NCBI RefSeq assembly: GCF_006345805.1
Contig: NC_043018.1
Coordinates: 21,948,001 to 22,012,000, forward strand
Source of the DNA: Octopus sinensis
Lineage: Eukaryota
Reading direction: 5' to 3'
DNA length: 64,000 nt
Shown: piece after piece, positions 49,942 through 63,137 of the stretch
Position numbering within the stretch: the stretch's first letter is position 1
Layout of the letters: each line of letters starts with the position of its first letter
Made by a program: the position numbers and the translations under genes
Notes under the pieces: model-generated
The model's input: only the letters and a program-made list of their open reading frames with translations
Databases searched by the model: none
Told to the model about the DNA's origin: nothing

Positions 49942-49967
49942 GTCACGTGCTGGAAATTTCCGCCAAT
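49942..49967. promoter_or_regulatory. Proximal promoter cluster: E-box, kB-like palindrome, CCAAT box
   Basis: GTCACGTG (CACGTG 49944-49949), GGAAATTTCC (49952-49961) and CCAAT (49963-49967), packed 20-45 nt upstream of the TATA box. Confidence 0.5.
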
Positions 49968-51038
49968 CAACGAGCTGGGTACATGAAATTGAGTTGAGTA
50001 CAAGGGGAGATGGGGGGGGGGGTGGCAGATGAAATGAGGTGGATGTATTAAGGAGGGGGGATAGGTGGGTAGTGGAGGGAATGTTGTTGTTGTTGTTACC
50101 CCCCAGGTCGTCCACGAGCGAAGAAATACCTTTAATGGCAAAAAGGACCCCAGCCATAGCAATCCCATCTTCTTTTCCAATCGTCATTGTTATCGTCATT
50201 GTTTAGTTTAGCCCCAGGCTAACCACCGATCGAACGGATCTGTATTCAAAGGCAACCCAAACATGACTATCCAGTCTTTACTCTACTACGTACAGAGAAC
50301 CCAGGATTAAATGATCTACAATCCGTCCCGTCTGTTTTTCAGACGGTAGGGCGATCTGAAAAATCTGCTATTTCTAGCAAATAGAATGACCACGTAGAGG
50401 CTAACTTGTTGGCTTACGTGGTAGATTCAAGTAGGATGAGGTACGGGTAGAGTAGAGAAGAATAAGCGAGTGAATGCGTGAGTGAGAGAGAATGCGCGAG
50501 TGAGTGTATGCATGTATGTATGTATATGTGTGTGTGTGAGTATGGAGTGGAGTGTAGCTTCGCACTTTAGTATTAGTGTATTTTGTGTCGCACGAAAATG
50601 ATTTGATGAAGAAACTATTACGTCATGGCAACGTTCATTTTAATGCTGGAAGATGAAACAAACAAACGAACGAACGACCGGATATCATGATGTGGAGGAT
50701 TGACATTTTCATAGGACAATAAATGAATATAAATAAAAATCAAATCAAATCTTGTAGTATTTAGTTAGGACCCCTTGATGTTCCTGGTAGAGATCATACT
50801 CAATCCCCCAGGCGTTACCTTTCGCCCTCTCCAAAGGTCGATAAAATAAAGCCCTCAATTAAGTACTTAGGTCGATTTTAATATTCCTATGAAGCATCCT
50901 GGAGATGTAAATGGAATTATGATGGAAGGCAGCAAGACGGACGACATGTTGCAATGGTTTTCTAACTTAATTTCTCACTGAAAAATTGTTAAAAACCACA
51001 CTTATATTTTAACAGATAAAACTCATTATTCTAATTTT

Positions 51039-51462
51039 GGCAATCTTTCGTCTCTAGTAGACCTTTCCGTCGATTTCCGTAAAAAAAATTTTTTTTTTAC
51101 ATATGGGCTTGCGGGAACTTTTGAAGTAATAAGAGCGAAAGAGACTAAGAGAAAGCGATTGTATGATGAGGAAAGTTCTTTTGAAGTTACCGTGCATGGC
51201 AAGAATTGATGTACATGTGAGTGTGTGTGTGTGTGCGTGTGTGTGGGAGACAGACAGTATGTTGTGTAAGTGAAGTGCTTCTGTTAGTGTGTGTGAAGAG
51301 ACAGAGTAATGTATGAAAGAAAGAGATAACTGAATTTTTTTACTCGGTGTATGTGTATATGTATGTATATTACTTCAAAAGTTCCCGCAAGCCCATATGT
51401 AAAAAAAAATAAATTTTTTAACGGAAATCGCCGAAAAGGTCTACTAGAGACGAAAGATCGCC
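51039..51462 (+). mobile_element. Non-autonomous TIR element (Merlin-like), 8-bp TSD CTAATTTT
   Basis: ~90-bp TIRs GGCRATCTTTCGTCTCTAGTAGACC...; GG termini and 8-bp TSD fit Merlin. Confidence 0.8.
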
Positions 51463-51860
51463 CTAATTTTAATAAGACATCAGATCAGACGTCGTAAAAA
51501 ATGTTTTTGAAATAAAATTTATTCGTATATAGAAACCATACAATAATGTATTTAGGATTGGGTTAAATTATATAACTTCAAAGGCATATACATTCTTTAT
51601 TATTAATTTCTAGGGGGAAAAAATGAATTCGATTTTCATCAACATGTAAAACTATATTAAAGTATCAAGTTTTAAAATTATCTGGTGAAAATTTGAAAAA
51701 CTTTTATGTCTGCAGTCTAATAATGATTGAAACAAAATTAAAAGAAAAAAAGATCGGTGTATTATTTTGAAAATGGCGAATATCTATTTTTTTTACTATC
51801 AAATTTTCAATAAATTTTATTGAAACCTCTTTTTTCACAGAACTCCAGTATTTTATTTTT

Positions 51861-52189
51861 GGCAATCTTTCGTCTCAAGTAGACCTTTCCGTCGATTTCC
51901 GTAAAAAACTTCTTTTTTTTTTTACATATGGGCTTGCGGGAACTTTTGAAGTAATGAAAGCGAAAGAGACTAAGAGAAAGCGATTGTATGACGAGGGAAG
52001 TTCTTTTGAAGTTACCGTGCATGGGAAGCATTGATGTACATGTGTGTGTGTGTGTGTGTTTGATGGGGTGTGGGAAATTTTTTACTCGGTGTATGTGTAT
52101 ATGTATGTTCCCGCAAGCCCATATGTAAAAAAAAAAAAAAAAATTTTACGGAAATCGACGGAAAGGTCTACTAGAGACGAAAGATCGCC
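51861..52189 (+). mobile_element. Merlin-like MITE copy 2 (internal deletion), TSD TTATTTTT
   Basis: Same TIRs. Confidence 0.8.
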
Positions 52190-53070
52190 TTATTTTTTTT
52201 TTAAAGCAATACGGAGATTCTCGAAACTGACTTTAAGAAAATGTAACTGGATAACGAAGACGAAGATAAAATTTTTGAAAACGAAGACCGGACTGTCACA
52301 ATTAAAACACTTCTGATCATCTCTGCTCGGCCTGAGTTGACCTGAAGTTGAACAACAACAACAACAACTACATTAGCAAGAAGAATACGATGAGGGATAA
52401 ACACACGATCTCAGATCAAGTCACTTGCTATGCAAGTACATCCCCTGTAATAATAATACTTTCTACTAAAGACACAGGGCCTGAAAATCTGGTGGAGGGG
52501 ACTAGTTGATTACCGATTTCATCTGGTACTTAATTTATCGATTTCCCAGGTACTTAATTTATCAACTCCGAAAGGATGGAGGGCAAAGTCGACCTTGGCG
52601 GATTTTGAACTCAGAACGTAGAGACGGGTGAAATACGGTTAAGCATTTCGGCGAGCGTACTAACAAATTCTGCCAGCTCGCCGCTTTGATAGTAATAATA
52701 ATCGTAATAATCTCTAAAGAGCTGTTACAGAGACTGACATATTTCATATTATTAGAACAGCAAAGGTGGCTGAATCGGTAGACAGTTGATAAAAATAATG
52801 CTTGGCAACGTTTGTCCTGGCAATTTGCCTTCTGAGTTCACATTCTGCCGAGGCCGACTTAGCCTTTCATCCTTTAGGAATCGATAAAATAAGCACCAGT
52901 TGAGTCTCGGTGGGGGAGGAGGGAGGCTCGATGTAGTCGACATACCTCTACCCGCGAACTGTTGAAATAAAGTGTCTTGCTCAAGAACACAACACGCAGC
53001 CCGGTCCGGGATTCGAGCTCACAACCTCACGATCGTAAGCTCGACGCTCTAACCACCGAGACACGCGCCT

Positions 53071-53101
<31 letters not shown>

Positions 53102-53106
53102 ACACA

Positions 53107-53137
<31 letters not shown>

Positions 53138-53190
53138 CCACACACACACACACATACATACATACATACATACATACATACATACATACA

Positions 53191-53277
<87 letters not shown>

Positions 53278-53524
53278 GCAACAAGGCCTAAAATTTGTGG
53301 TTTAAGTTCTTAGTCGGGTTAACATTGTAGTTTAGAGTCGTAAAAATAGTGTAAGTAAACTGCATCGGGAATATCGATATTGAATTACCACAATTTCATA
53401 AACACGGGTACCTAGTTATGTAGTATGATCTAAGGATAGCATGAGTATTTCTGAAATAGCAGCTGAGGTACTCTGCCGCTGCGTAGAATAATAATATAGC
53501 CAACAACGAACCAAAGGGACGCGT

Positions 53525-53949
53525 GGCGATCTTTCGTCTTTAGTAGACCTTTCCGTCGATTTCCGTAAAAAATTTTTTTTTTTCTACATATGGGCTTGCG
53601 GGAACTTTTGAAGTAATAGACATACATATACACATACACCGAGTAAAAAAATTCAGTTATCTCTTTCTTTCACACATTACTCTGTCTCTTCACACACACT
53701 AACAGAAGCACTTCACTTACACAACATACTGTCTGTCTCCCACACCCCATCAAACACACACACACACACACATGTACATCAATGCTTCACATGCACGGTA
53801 ACTTCAAAAGAACTTCCCTCGTCATACAATCGCTTTCTCTTAGTCTCTTTCGCTCTCATTACTTCAAAAGTTCCCGCAAGCCCATATGTAAAAAAAAAAT
53901 TTTTTTTACGGAAATCGACGGAAAGGTCTACTAGAGACGAAAGATTGCC
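53525..53949 (-). mobile_element. Merlin-like MITE copy 3, TSD GGACGCGT
   Basis: Same element, inverted; perfect 8-bp TSD. Confidence 0.85.
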
Positions 53950-54796
53950 GGACGCGTTTCAAATTCGGTGGGTGGATTGCCATGTTACTTTAGAGCACAT
54001 GTACACCGTTGTGAAGTTGTGAACCATTCTTTCAACTTTGTTGATTTGAGGATGAGAGCATCTGAAAAGACTTCCGCCCGTGCCCACCTCATTTTCTCCC
54101 AAATTTGTTCATTTAAAAATATCTTTTTTTTTTGCCAAAACCCCCTGTTTTCGGATACGGAGGTTTCGGAAATTTGCCAAAAATCGGCACTGTGAAATTC
54201 CACCCCCCCTAATTCTTCAATTTTAACTTTTTTCCCTAATACTAACCCTAAAACCGTAACTGTAACCCTAAAACCCTAACCCTAACTACAGAAATATTTT
54301 GAAATTTTTGTCCGAATCATAATGTCCGTATTTTTCCGCATATTTAGGGAAAAAAAAATTCTTAAAAAAAAATTTTACCGAAATTTTTGGAAAGTTTTTT
54401 CAGAATCATAATCTCCGTATTTTTCCGCATATTTTGAGGAAAAAAAATTCTGAAAAAGTAGAAAATAAAGGAAATGGGGGTGGACGAGGAAGGGGATAAT
54501 TTAAAAATGCCGATTTTTGCCAATTTTTTTTGCAGATTTGTATTCCCCGTCACAGAAAAGGGGGTGGGGGGTTGTGTCGAAAAAATTTTTTTTTAGAAGG
54601 TGGTTTTTGTAGGGGGATGGGCGGAATTCCTTTATGTACACTGATTTGTTCTGCTTTTTATATTTTACCCTACAGTCTCTTATGTGGTGGTTTAATAAAG
54701 TATGTGATTGAGTATTATGTGGTAATTGATATTTGATTTGGATGCATTTCTCCATTTTCTTATCTTGTATGTGTGTGTATATATATATATAAATAT

Positions 54797-54990
54797 AACG
54801 GGAAAGTTTACGAAAATAAACAAAAGACGAAGGCAGGTGGAGTACAAACAAATGTATTAGTATGGCGCTCAGGAATAGAAAAAGTCTTTTACGTTTCGAG
54901 CCTACGCTCTTCGACAGAAAGATACACAGAAAAAAACAAGAAGAGAAAAAAATGCGTGTAGGAGCTAACGATCTATCATGGCGTCCTGAC
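54797..54990 (-). mobile_element. Penelope-type terminal repeat fragment with variant hammerhead-like motif
   Basis: TCTTT-CTGTCGA-A-GAGC-GTAG-GCTC-GAAAC-GTA-AAAGA at 54885-54922; related fragment at about 44095-44140. Confidence 0.45.
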
Positions 54991-55107
<117 letters not shown>

Positions 55108-56077
55108 CACATATATCCGACAGGCTTCTTTCAGTTTCCGTCTACCAAATCCACTCTCAAGGCTTTGGTCGGCCCGAAGCTATAGTAGAAATCACTTGCC
55201 CAAGGTGCCACGCAGTGGGACTGAACCCTGAACCATGTGGTTGGTAAGCAAGCTACTTACCACACAGCCACTCCTACGCCTAAAAAGGGGAAATAAAAAT
55301 CAAAAAATATAACTGAAAGGATTCTGTCGGAGGATGTTTTGTCTCAGGGGATTTTGTCCGAGGGGTTTCATTCTAGGAGGCTTTTGTCCTACACTCGGAT
55401 TACACCATCATAACTTCAACTATCGCAATTTACTTTCACTTTTTCTTTCACAACACAGAACTGCACATTAACGTTAGTCAATATCCTTGACTCCGTAAGT
55501 ACTTATTTCATCGATTCCCGGAAGAATGGTAGGCAAAGTTAATTTCAGCAATATTTGAACGCAAAACAGAGATGGAACAGTTATTACTACGTGACATTGC
55601 GAGCTGGCAGAAATGTTAGCACGCCGGGCGAAATGCGTAGCCGTATTTCGTCTGCCGTTACGTTCTGAGTTCAAATTCCGCCGTGGTCGACTTTGCCTTT
55701 CATCCTTTCGGGGTCGATAAATAAAGTACCAGTTTCGCACTGGGATCGATGTAATCGACTTAATCCCTTTGTCTGTCCTTGTTTGTCCCCTCTGTGTTTA
55801 GTCCCTTGTGGGTAGTAAATAAATATATACGTGACATTTCCCCGATGTTCTAACGATTCTGTCAACCCAACCATCCTTATAATAACCCTTTTTACTCTAG
55901 ACCAGCGCCTCGCAACCAGTATACCGCGGCACACTGGTGCTAGATGTGTTGTAGTGAAACCTGAACATAATTCTTTCCCAATACTTTTTGTTACATTTTA
56001 ATTCAGGTGAAATACTGGGGTCGATGTAATCGACTAGTCCCCTCCGTCACCAAATTTCAAGCCTTGACCCTATATTA

Positions 56078-56325
56078 ATAATAATAATTGTGTACAGTGC
56101 TCAGGTGCACCACAACTCATCTAAAGTGTATATATAATCAGGTGTAGTTTCGGCGGATTTCGGAAAGCATGAGGGCCTTAAAGGATGCAGTGTCATGGCA
56201 GTCAACAACTGACGCAGGCAGTTTATTCCATGCTTCAGCAACTCTGAGCGTGAAAAAATGTTTCCGAAAGTCATGGAAGCTGTGTTGTTTTCTGACTTTG
56301 TAGGCATGTCCACGTGTGTTAGACA
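56078..56325 (-). mobile_element. CR1-clade LINE 3' end
   Basis: NTRGHAYKV...RKHFFTLRVAEAWNKLPASVVDCHDTASFK; short 3' UTR; (ATT)n tail. Confidence 0.85.
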
Positions 56326-56693
56326 CTAGACACATGGAGATTAGAAATAGTTCTTCCCCTTCTTGATTTCATTTAATTCAATTTCTTTGTAAACTTTACC
56401 CACATTTTATATTTCTCCCTCTTTTTCTCTCTCTGCAATGTCCCCACACGCGTTAGCCCTTGTGACAAATAAATAAATTAAATAAAAGATTATTCTAAAT
56501 TTCTGGTTGGCGCCACGTGACTCACCTCTTTTTGCAATGGTTTCCTTCTGGCATATCGCGTGACAGCAACATGAAAAATATTAAAAGCCAAAATTCTAAC
56601 TACGTATAAGGCACTATGTCTAAATTTTGTGAAAATACTATTTGCTGTTGTACATGTGTTGTTATACAGTCGAATAGAGATAAGAAGACACAC

Positions 56694-57128
56694 GGCAATC
56701 TTTCGTCTCTAGTAGACCTTTCCGTCGATTTCCGTAAAAAAATTTTTTTGTTACATATGGGCTTGCGGGAACTTTTGAAGTAATGAGAGCGAAAGAGACT
56801 AAGAGAAAGCGATTTTATGACGAGGGAAGTTCTTTTGAAGTTACCGTGCATGGGAGCATTGATGGACATGTGTGTGTGTGCGTGCGTGTGTGTGTGTGTG
56901 TGTGTTTGATGGGGTGTGGGAGACAGACAGTATGTTGTGTAAGTGAAGTGCTTCTGTTAGTGTGTGTGAAGAGACATGTGTGAAAGAAAGAGATAACTGA
57001 AATTTTTTACTCGGTGTATGTGTATATGTATGTATATTACTTCAAAAGTTCCTGCAAGCCCATATGTAAAAAAAAAATATTTTTTTACGGAAATCGACGG
57101 AAAGGTCTACTAGAGACGAAAGATCGCC
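56694..57128 (+). mobile_element. Merlin-like MITE copy 4, flanked by a 43-bp duplication
   Basis: Same TIRs; 56651-56693 matches 57129-57171 with 2 mismatches. Confidence 0.85.
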
Positions 57129-57867
57129 TACATGTGTTGTTATACAGTCGAACAGAGATATGAAGACACACTGTTAATTATATTAGTTTAGTTATATCTG
57201 TGTCATCCATCATATGCCGGTTTATGTTGTAACGTATATTTTCTTCTATGAGTAATCACCAGTTAATGTTACATAGAAACAGTAATTAAAAATTCCAATC
57301 TTTTTCGGATTTTATGGTGCATATGAGTTAAAAAGTAATGAAATGAAAGTTAATTCTCAAACAAAAGTTTTGAAAAATACTTTTATAATAGCAATAATAA
57401 ATCTCTGAACGAGATATAAACAGTAACTGCACGACAATGTGAGGTATATTTGCCATCTCAATATGGCTAAAGCTACAGTAACACCCACCCTTAGTGGTTA
57501 GCCATATTCAGATGGCAAATATACCTCACTTTTATAATAGTAAAAGCAAAATTCTGTCTGTCCCTGTATCTCACTCTACGTTTGCTCTGCATGGATATAT
57601 TATACCTTTTTGGAAACAGGATGATCCCAGGATTGAAAATCTGACCTTCATTTGGTTCTTGAACATCCTGCGTTGGAATCTGATTTAAAAGTATTTGGGT
57701 TGTTATTTCTAGCAGGTAAAGCTTGGTTGACTCACGCCATCTTGGCTGGCGTTTGTCTGATCACATCAGAGATCAAGGGGGAGATAAATGACATTCGCTT
57801 CGTTAATTTAACGTCGAGACTTTAAGAACTTTGGAACAAATTGACCAACAGTTAGAATTCAACTTGG

Positions 57868-58106
57868 GGATCTTTTCCTTTTGATGGACGGAATTTTCCA
57901 GTTAACTAAACAATTTGAAACTTCGTATACTGGTAGAATGTGTCAAAAGAAAACATTATTGTAAACAAAATTGAAAACAAAATTGTAATTTGTAAGTTTA
58001 ACGTAGTTTAATTGTTCGAATTTTAACCAATGAAATCCCAGCATTTGAGCTCAAATCATTTGCTGCGTTATCGATATTGATAAAGAAACATAGCAGACGC
58101 ATGCCG

Positions 58107-58141
<35 letters not shown>

Positions 58142-59041
58142 TCAGATACATACACAAGTACACTTGCGCGCACACACACACACCCACTCTCTGTCACTCT
58201 CTCTCTCTCTCAAACACATGCATATGCATTTGCACAAGCACATAGTAATTAATATATAAGCGTACACACACATACAAACGGAGATATACATACACACACA
58301 TACGCACACAAGCATACATACACGTTTGTGTGTTCGCACTGGTGTCGATAGAATCGACTTAATACTTTTGTTATCTCATGCTTTGTCCCCTCTGTGTTTT
58401 GCCCCTTGCCGCAACAAATTTACACAAAAGGTAAATAAACCAGAAGGGGTGGGGTCAATGTTTCATCGTTTCGGGGTCGATAAATTAAGTACCAATTACG
58501 CACTGGTGTCGAGGATTTTTTTCCCTATTTATATCACAGCCTCCGACAAGCTGGGGCATCCTTTTATGAAAAAATATTTCGCAAATTTTTACAATACGAC
58601 TCACACTCCACGCGCAAACTCTAGACCGCTTTAGGCATATTATTGTTTTGTTTTTGTTGTTTCTGGCCCTTCAAAACCATGGGAGAAGCCTTTTCAGTAA
58701 AAAAAAATAAAGAAAATATTAAAAAAATATCGTTAATATTTTTATTGGGCGACGAAATTCATCGATTTAAGAGATATAGCTGTTATTTCTAGCACATGCA
58801 GAAAACAGAAGAGAGAAGGATGAATAAGACGTGTGTGTGAGAGTTTTTAGACGCAGCAAATGATTTGAGCTCAAATGCTGGGATTTCATTGGTTAAAATT
58901 CGAAGAATTAAACTTACAAATTACAATTTTGTTTTCGATTTTGTTTACAATAATGTTTTCTTTTGACACATTCTACCAGTATACGAAGTTTCAAATTGTT
59001 TAGTTAACTAGAAAATTCCGTCCATCAAAAGGAAAAGATCC
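57868..59041. mobile_element. TIR element with ~200-bp TIRs (GGATCT...AGATCC), 8-bp TSD CAACTTGR
   Basis: Arms 57868-58068 and 58851-59041; deleted derivative at 59673-59851. Confidence 0.8.
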
Positions 59042-59672
59042 CAACTTGAGACTAGAACAATAGAATGATTGAATTACAGAATTAATTGTCATCCGTCCTT
59101 AACTTCTGATCAAATACCACCGCGGGGAATATAGTCATTATAGACGTATTATAATCATACTATTTATCTCTGTTTAGTTTTGGGCTGCAGGCCTAATTAG
59201 CCCCCCACCTCACTCTGCAGAAGCTAGCTTAAAAGCCGCACTCTGTGCGGACTTTTAAGCTAGTGTTGATTAAAAATAAATTTGGCTAGGATAATTTTCT
59301 CTTTCTGTAGTTGTAATAAATGTACATTATCAATAACCATAGTACTGTTTAACTATCAAATGCAATAATACTGAAATATACATCAAGTCATAAACACCAG
59401 GACGTCGTTAACAACTTCTATTGGTTAAAAAAAATGAAGGTGATCTATTGTTTGACATGTCTATGGAGAGCTACAACGGAGCTAAGATTACTGACCTCGT
59501 TTGATTATTCTGGATATCATCAGGAGACATGCACACACACACACACTTATATAAGGATAATGTCCTCGAAATTGTGTGTAATATGAACAGTCACGACACG
59601 TACAGATTTAGGAATATACTGAAGTTCACTTTGCAAAAATGATATTTCGGGTGCAGTCCCACTGCATAGCAC

Positions 59673-59851
59673 GGATCTTTTCTGTTTGATGGACGGAATT
59701 TTCTAGTTAACTAAACAATTTGAAACTTCGTATACTGGTAGAATGTGTCAAAAGAAAACATTATTGTAAACAAAATTGTAATTCGTAACTTAAACGTAGT
59801 TTAATTCTTCGAATTTTAACCAATGAAATCCCAACATCTTCGAAAAGATCC
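59673..59851. mobile_element. Deleted derivative of the GGATCT TIR family, TSD CATAGCAC, inserted in an old SINE head
   Basis: Perfect 8-bp TSD at 59665-59672 and 59852-59859. Confidence 0.8.
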
Positions 59852-60243
59852 CATAGCACCTTGGTCGAATAACTTCTACTACAGACTCAGGCCGACCAAT
59901 ATACTGGGGTTGATATAATACTATGGCAGACATAATGCTTCAACGGATGGGATGTCGACTGCCGCAACGCATTGTGGAATGTAGAGAGCAAGATGAGGCA
60001 AGTAAGCTCTCTTGGTTAGTCATCTACAGCATCCATTTCCACCCTCAGTGCATGTCATCCCAAACTCTTTGGGAAAACGATGTTGGTTTGATTACGTCGT
60101 GTAACTTAGAGGTTTGGTAAAAAGAGAACGATATAATAAGTATTAGGGTTAAACTAAGTACTGGAGTCGATGTTTGCGACTGAATCTTTTAAGGTGGTGC
60201 CCCAGCATGGCCGAAGTCTGATGACTGAATATAAATATCCACA

Positions 60244-60411
60244 TAGGCGCAGGAGTGGCTGTGTGGTAAGTAGCTTGCTTCCCAACTATATGGTTCCAGG
60301 ATCAGTCCCACTGCGTGAGACCTTGGGCAAGTGTCTTCTACTATAGCCTCGAGCCGACCAAAGTCTTGTGAGTGGATTGGGTTGACGGAAACTGAAAGAA
60401 GCCAGTCTTAT

Positions 60412-60458
<47 letters not shown>

Positions 60459-60684
60459 CACATGTATATATTTGTGTGTCTGTGTTTGTCACCCCAACCA
60501 TCACTTGACAACCGATGTTGGTGTGTTTACGTCCCCGTAACTTAGCGATTCGGCAATAGAGAACCGATAGAATAAGTACTAGGCTTTCAAAGAATAAGTC
60601 CTGCGGTCGATTTGCTCGACTAAAGGCGGTGCTTCAGCATGGCCTCAGTCAAATGACTGAAACAAGTAAAAGAGTAAAAGAGAG
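60244..60684 (+). mobile_element. CORE-like tRNA SINE, full length
   Basis: Family match. Confidence 0.85.
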
Positions 60685-61112
60685 TAACTGCCTTTTTGTT
60701 TTAATACAAAAAAGACAATTCCATAAAAAGACAATTGTTTAATCAAGTTTAGTACAGTCAATTAAGTTTAATTTACACGTAGAAATCTGCAGATTCATTC
60801 AGTGTGACGTCATGAGTTTTTCTCATACTATTTTGAAATCTCCTCTTCTAAACTTTCTACGCTTTGGGAGGTAACTCAATAGGACTGGCTATCTCGAGAT
60901 TGAGGTAGTCATAGACACCAGGACGTCGTTAACAACTTCTATTGGTTAAAAAAAACGAAGGTGATCTATTGTTTGACATGTCTATGGAGAGCTACAACGG
61001 AGCTGAGAATACTGACCTCGTTTGATTATTCTGGATATCATCAAAAGACATGTAGACACACACACACTTATATAAGGATAATGTCCTCGAAATTGTGTGT
61101 AATATGAACAGT

Positions 61113-61498
61113 GTGGAGGCGCAATGGCCCAGTGGTTAGGGCAGCGGACTCGCGGTCATAGGATCGCGGTTTCGATTCCCAGACCGGGCGTTGTGAGTGT
61201 TTATTGAGCAAAAACACCTAAAAAGCTCCACGAGGCTCCGGCAGGGGATGGTGGTGATCCCTGCTGTACTCTTTCACCACAACTTTCTCTCACTCTTACT
61301 TCCTCTTTCTGTTGTACCTGTATTTCAAAGGGCCGGCCTTGTCACTCTCTGTGTCACGCTGAATATCCCCGAGAACTACGTTAAGGGTACACGTGTCTGT
61401 TGAGTGCTCAGCCACTTACACGTTAATTTCACGAGCAGGCTGTTCCGTTGATTCGGATCAACCGGAACCCTCGTCGTCGTAACCGACGGAGTGCTTCC
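61113..61498 (+). mobile_element. Full-length young tRNA-derived SINE with 13-bp TSD TAATATGAACAGT
   Basis: TSD on both sides; empty site present in the paralogous segment at 59579-59591. Confidence 0.92.
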
Positions 61499-63137
61499 TA
61501 ATATGAACAGTCACGACTCATACAGATTTAGGAATTTTCAATGTTTGTCCTTAATATAACTATCACCACTAATCGTACGACAGTCAACTTTTTTTAGCCA
61601 CGACTTTGGACTGAATGATAGGCAAGTAATAACTTTATTGAAAATCTAATGACGGTATTGTATGCATTCTTATAAATTCAGCCAGCCACTTTACTCCAGC
61701 TAAAGTTAGAAACTTATCGAGAATTTGTTGAAGAACCTCCAATATATTCTTAGACAAAGATATTTTCGACAGTCACACTCATTAAAACAAGATGTTGGTG
61801 AGCAGCGATTGTAGTGAGAAATTGATGTACATGGGAGATCCCCCCGTACACTTCCGAAGAGTGTTACAAAGAGAAAAATTACTAGGTTCAGTTATCCGTT
61901 AAAACTAGTTTTCTATTTGAACATCACGAGAAATTTTTCATCATTTATTGGATATCATTTCTCAAGCAAATATAAATGACACAATCTATTTAATATGCAT
62001 TATATTAAGATTAGTTACTCGCGTCTAGATCGTACCGCTTTCAGGATCTCAGATCTAATGACGGTATTGTATGCATTCTTATAAATTCAACCAGCCACTT
62101 ACTCCAGCTAAAGTTAGAAACTTATCGAGAATTTGTTGAAGAACCTCCAATATATTCTTAGACAAAGATATTTTCGACAGTTACACTCATTAAAACAAGA
62201 TGTTGGTGAGCAGCGATTGTAGTGAGAAATTGATGTACATGGGAGATCCCCTCGTACACTTCCGAAGAGTGTTAGAAAGAGAAAAATTACTAGGTTCAGA
62301 TATCCGTTAAAACTAGTTTTCTCTTTGAACATCACGAGAAATTTTTCATCATTTATTGGATATCATTTCTCAAGCAAATATAAATAACGCAATCCATTTA
62401 ATATGCATTATATTAAGATTAGTTACTCGCGTCTAGATTGTACCGCTTTCAGGATCTCAGAGAAACTGCATATTTTGAAACAACCCTCTGAATCTACTAT
62501 GAGAAAATTGTCATCAATGAAGGTCACTATTAGCTAATTTTAGACCATTTTTTGATAACTCCTTTTGATAATTTTCACCGAAACTATTAAAATTCTTGCG
62601 GAATTGAAAACAAGTGAGATTGCTCTTATATATTTTGCTAAAGTCGTCTCTTATTCAGCAGTCGCTACAACACTAAGCATTCGCCTAGATTTCATTCCAC
62701 AAGACCCAATTTTAAGAATACCCGTTTCTCTATCTACTTTTTGTTGTTTTGTTGTTATTTTTATTGTATTTTTTTTTTGCTTGTCGTGACATGGATTTGA
62801 AGTTTCGATTATATTTACCACCAAAGAGACTTCACCCACAGAAACTAAGAAGCAAACAAATAAGGACAAACACATAAAAAAAATACACTAATACAAACAC
62901 AAATAACTGAAGATAATCGCTTCTTCCCGTAGCTGTTCTAATTTTGTATACTGCTACAAAGAATGAGTTCACGAAGTTATTTGACCCAGATTTGAATTTT
63001 TCTTATTCATGTCTAGAAAACTGAACCTCCTCATTGTAACAATGACAAAAGAAATGAATACGAAACATACAAATACGTTTTTTGGTGGGATCGGTGTGGG
63101 CGTGAAATATTAGAATCCTGAAATGAAATATTCAATA

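Larger units (their letters stand above)
59394..62480 (+). mobile_element. Decayed Penelope-like RT region with internal duplications and SINE insertions
   Basis: LFDMSMESYNGAE..DLV, LYKDNVL, LNITITTNRTTVNF, FNMHYIKISYS resemble Penelope-like RT/linker motifs; 59394-59615 is duplicated at 60915-61535; tandem duplication 61644-62052/62053-62460. Confidence 0.65.

Noticed and set aside
50391-50420. Paired TACGTG hypoxia-response cores upstream of ferritin
   Set aside because: Short motifs, and one appears to lie in a decayed repeat; not distinguishable from chance.
61113-61190. tRNA gene
   Set aside because: A and B boxes belong to a SINE head; no complete cloverleaf or terminator, and it continues into the SINE body.
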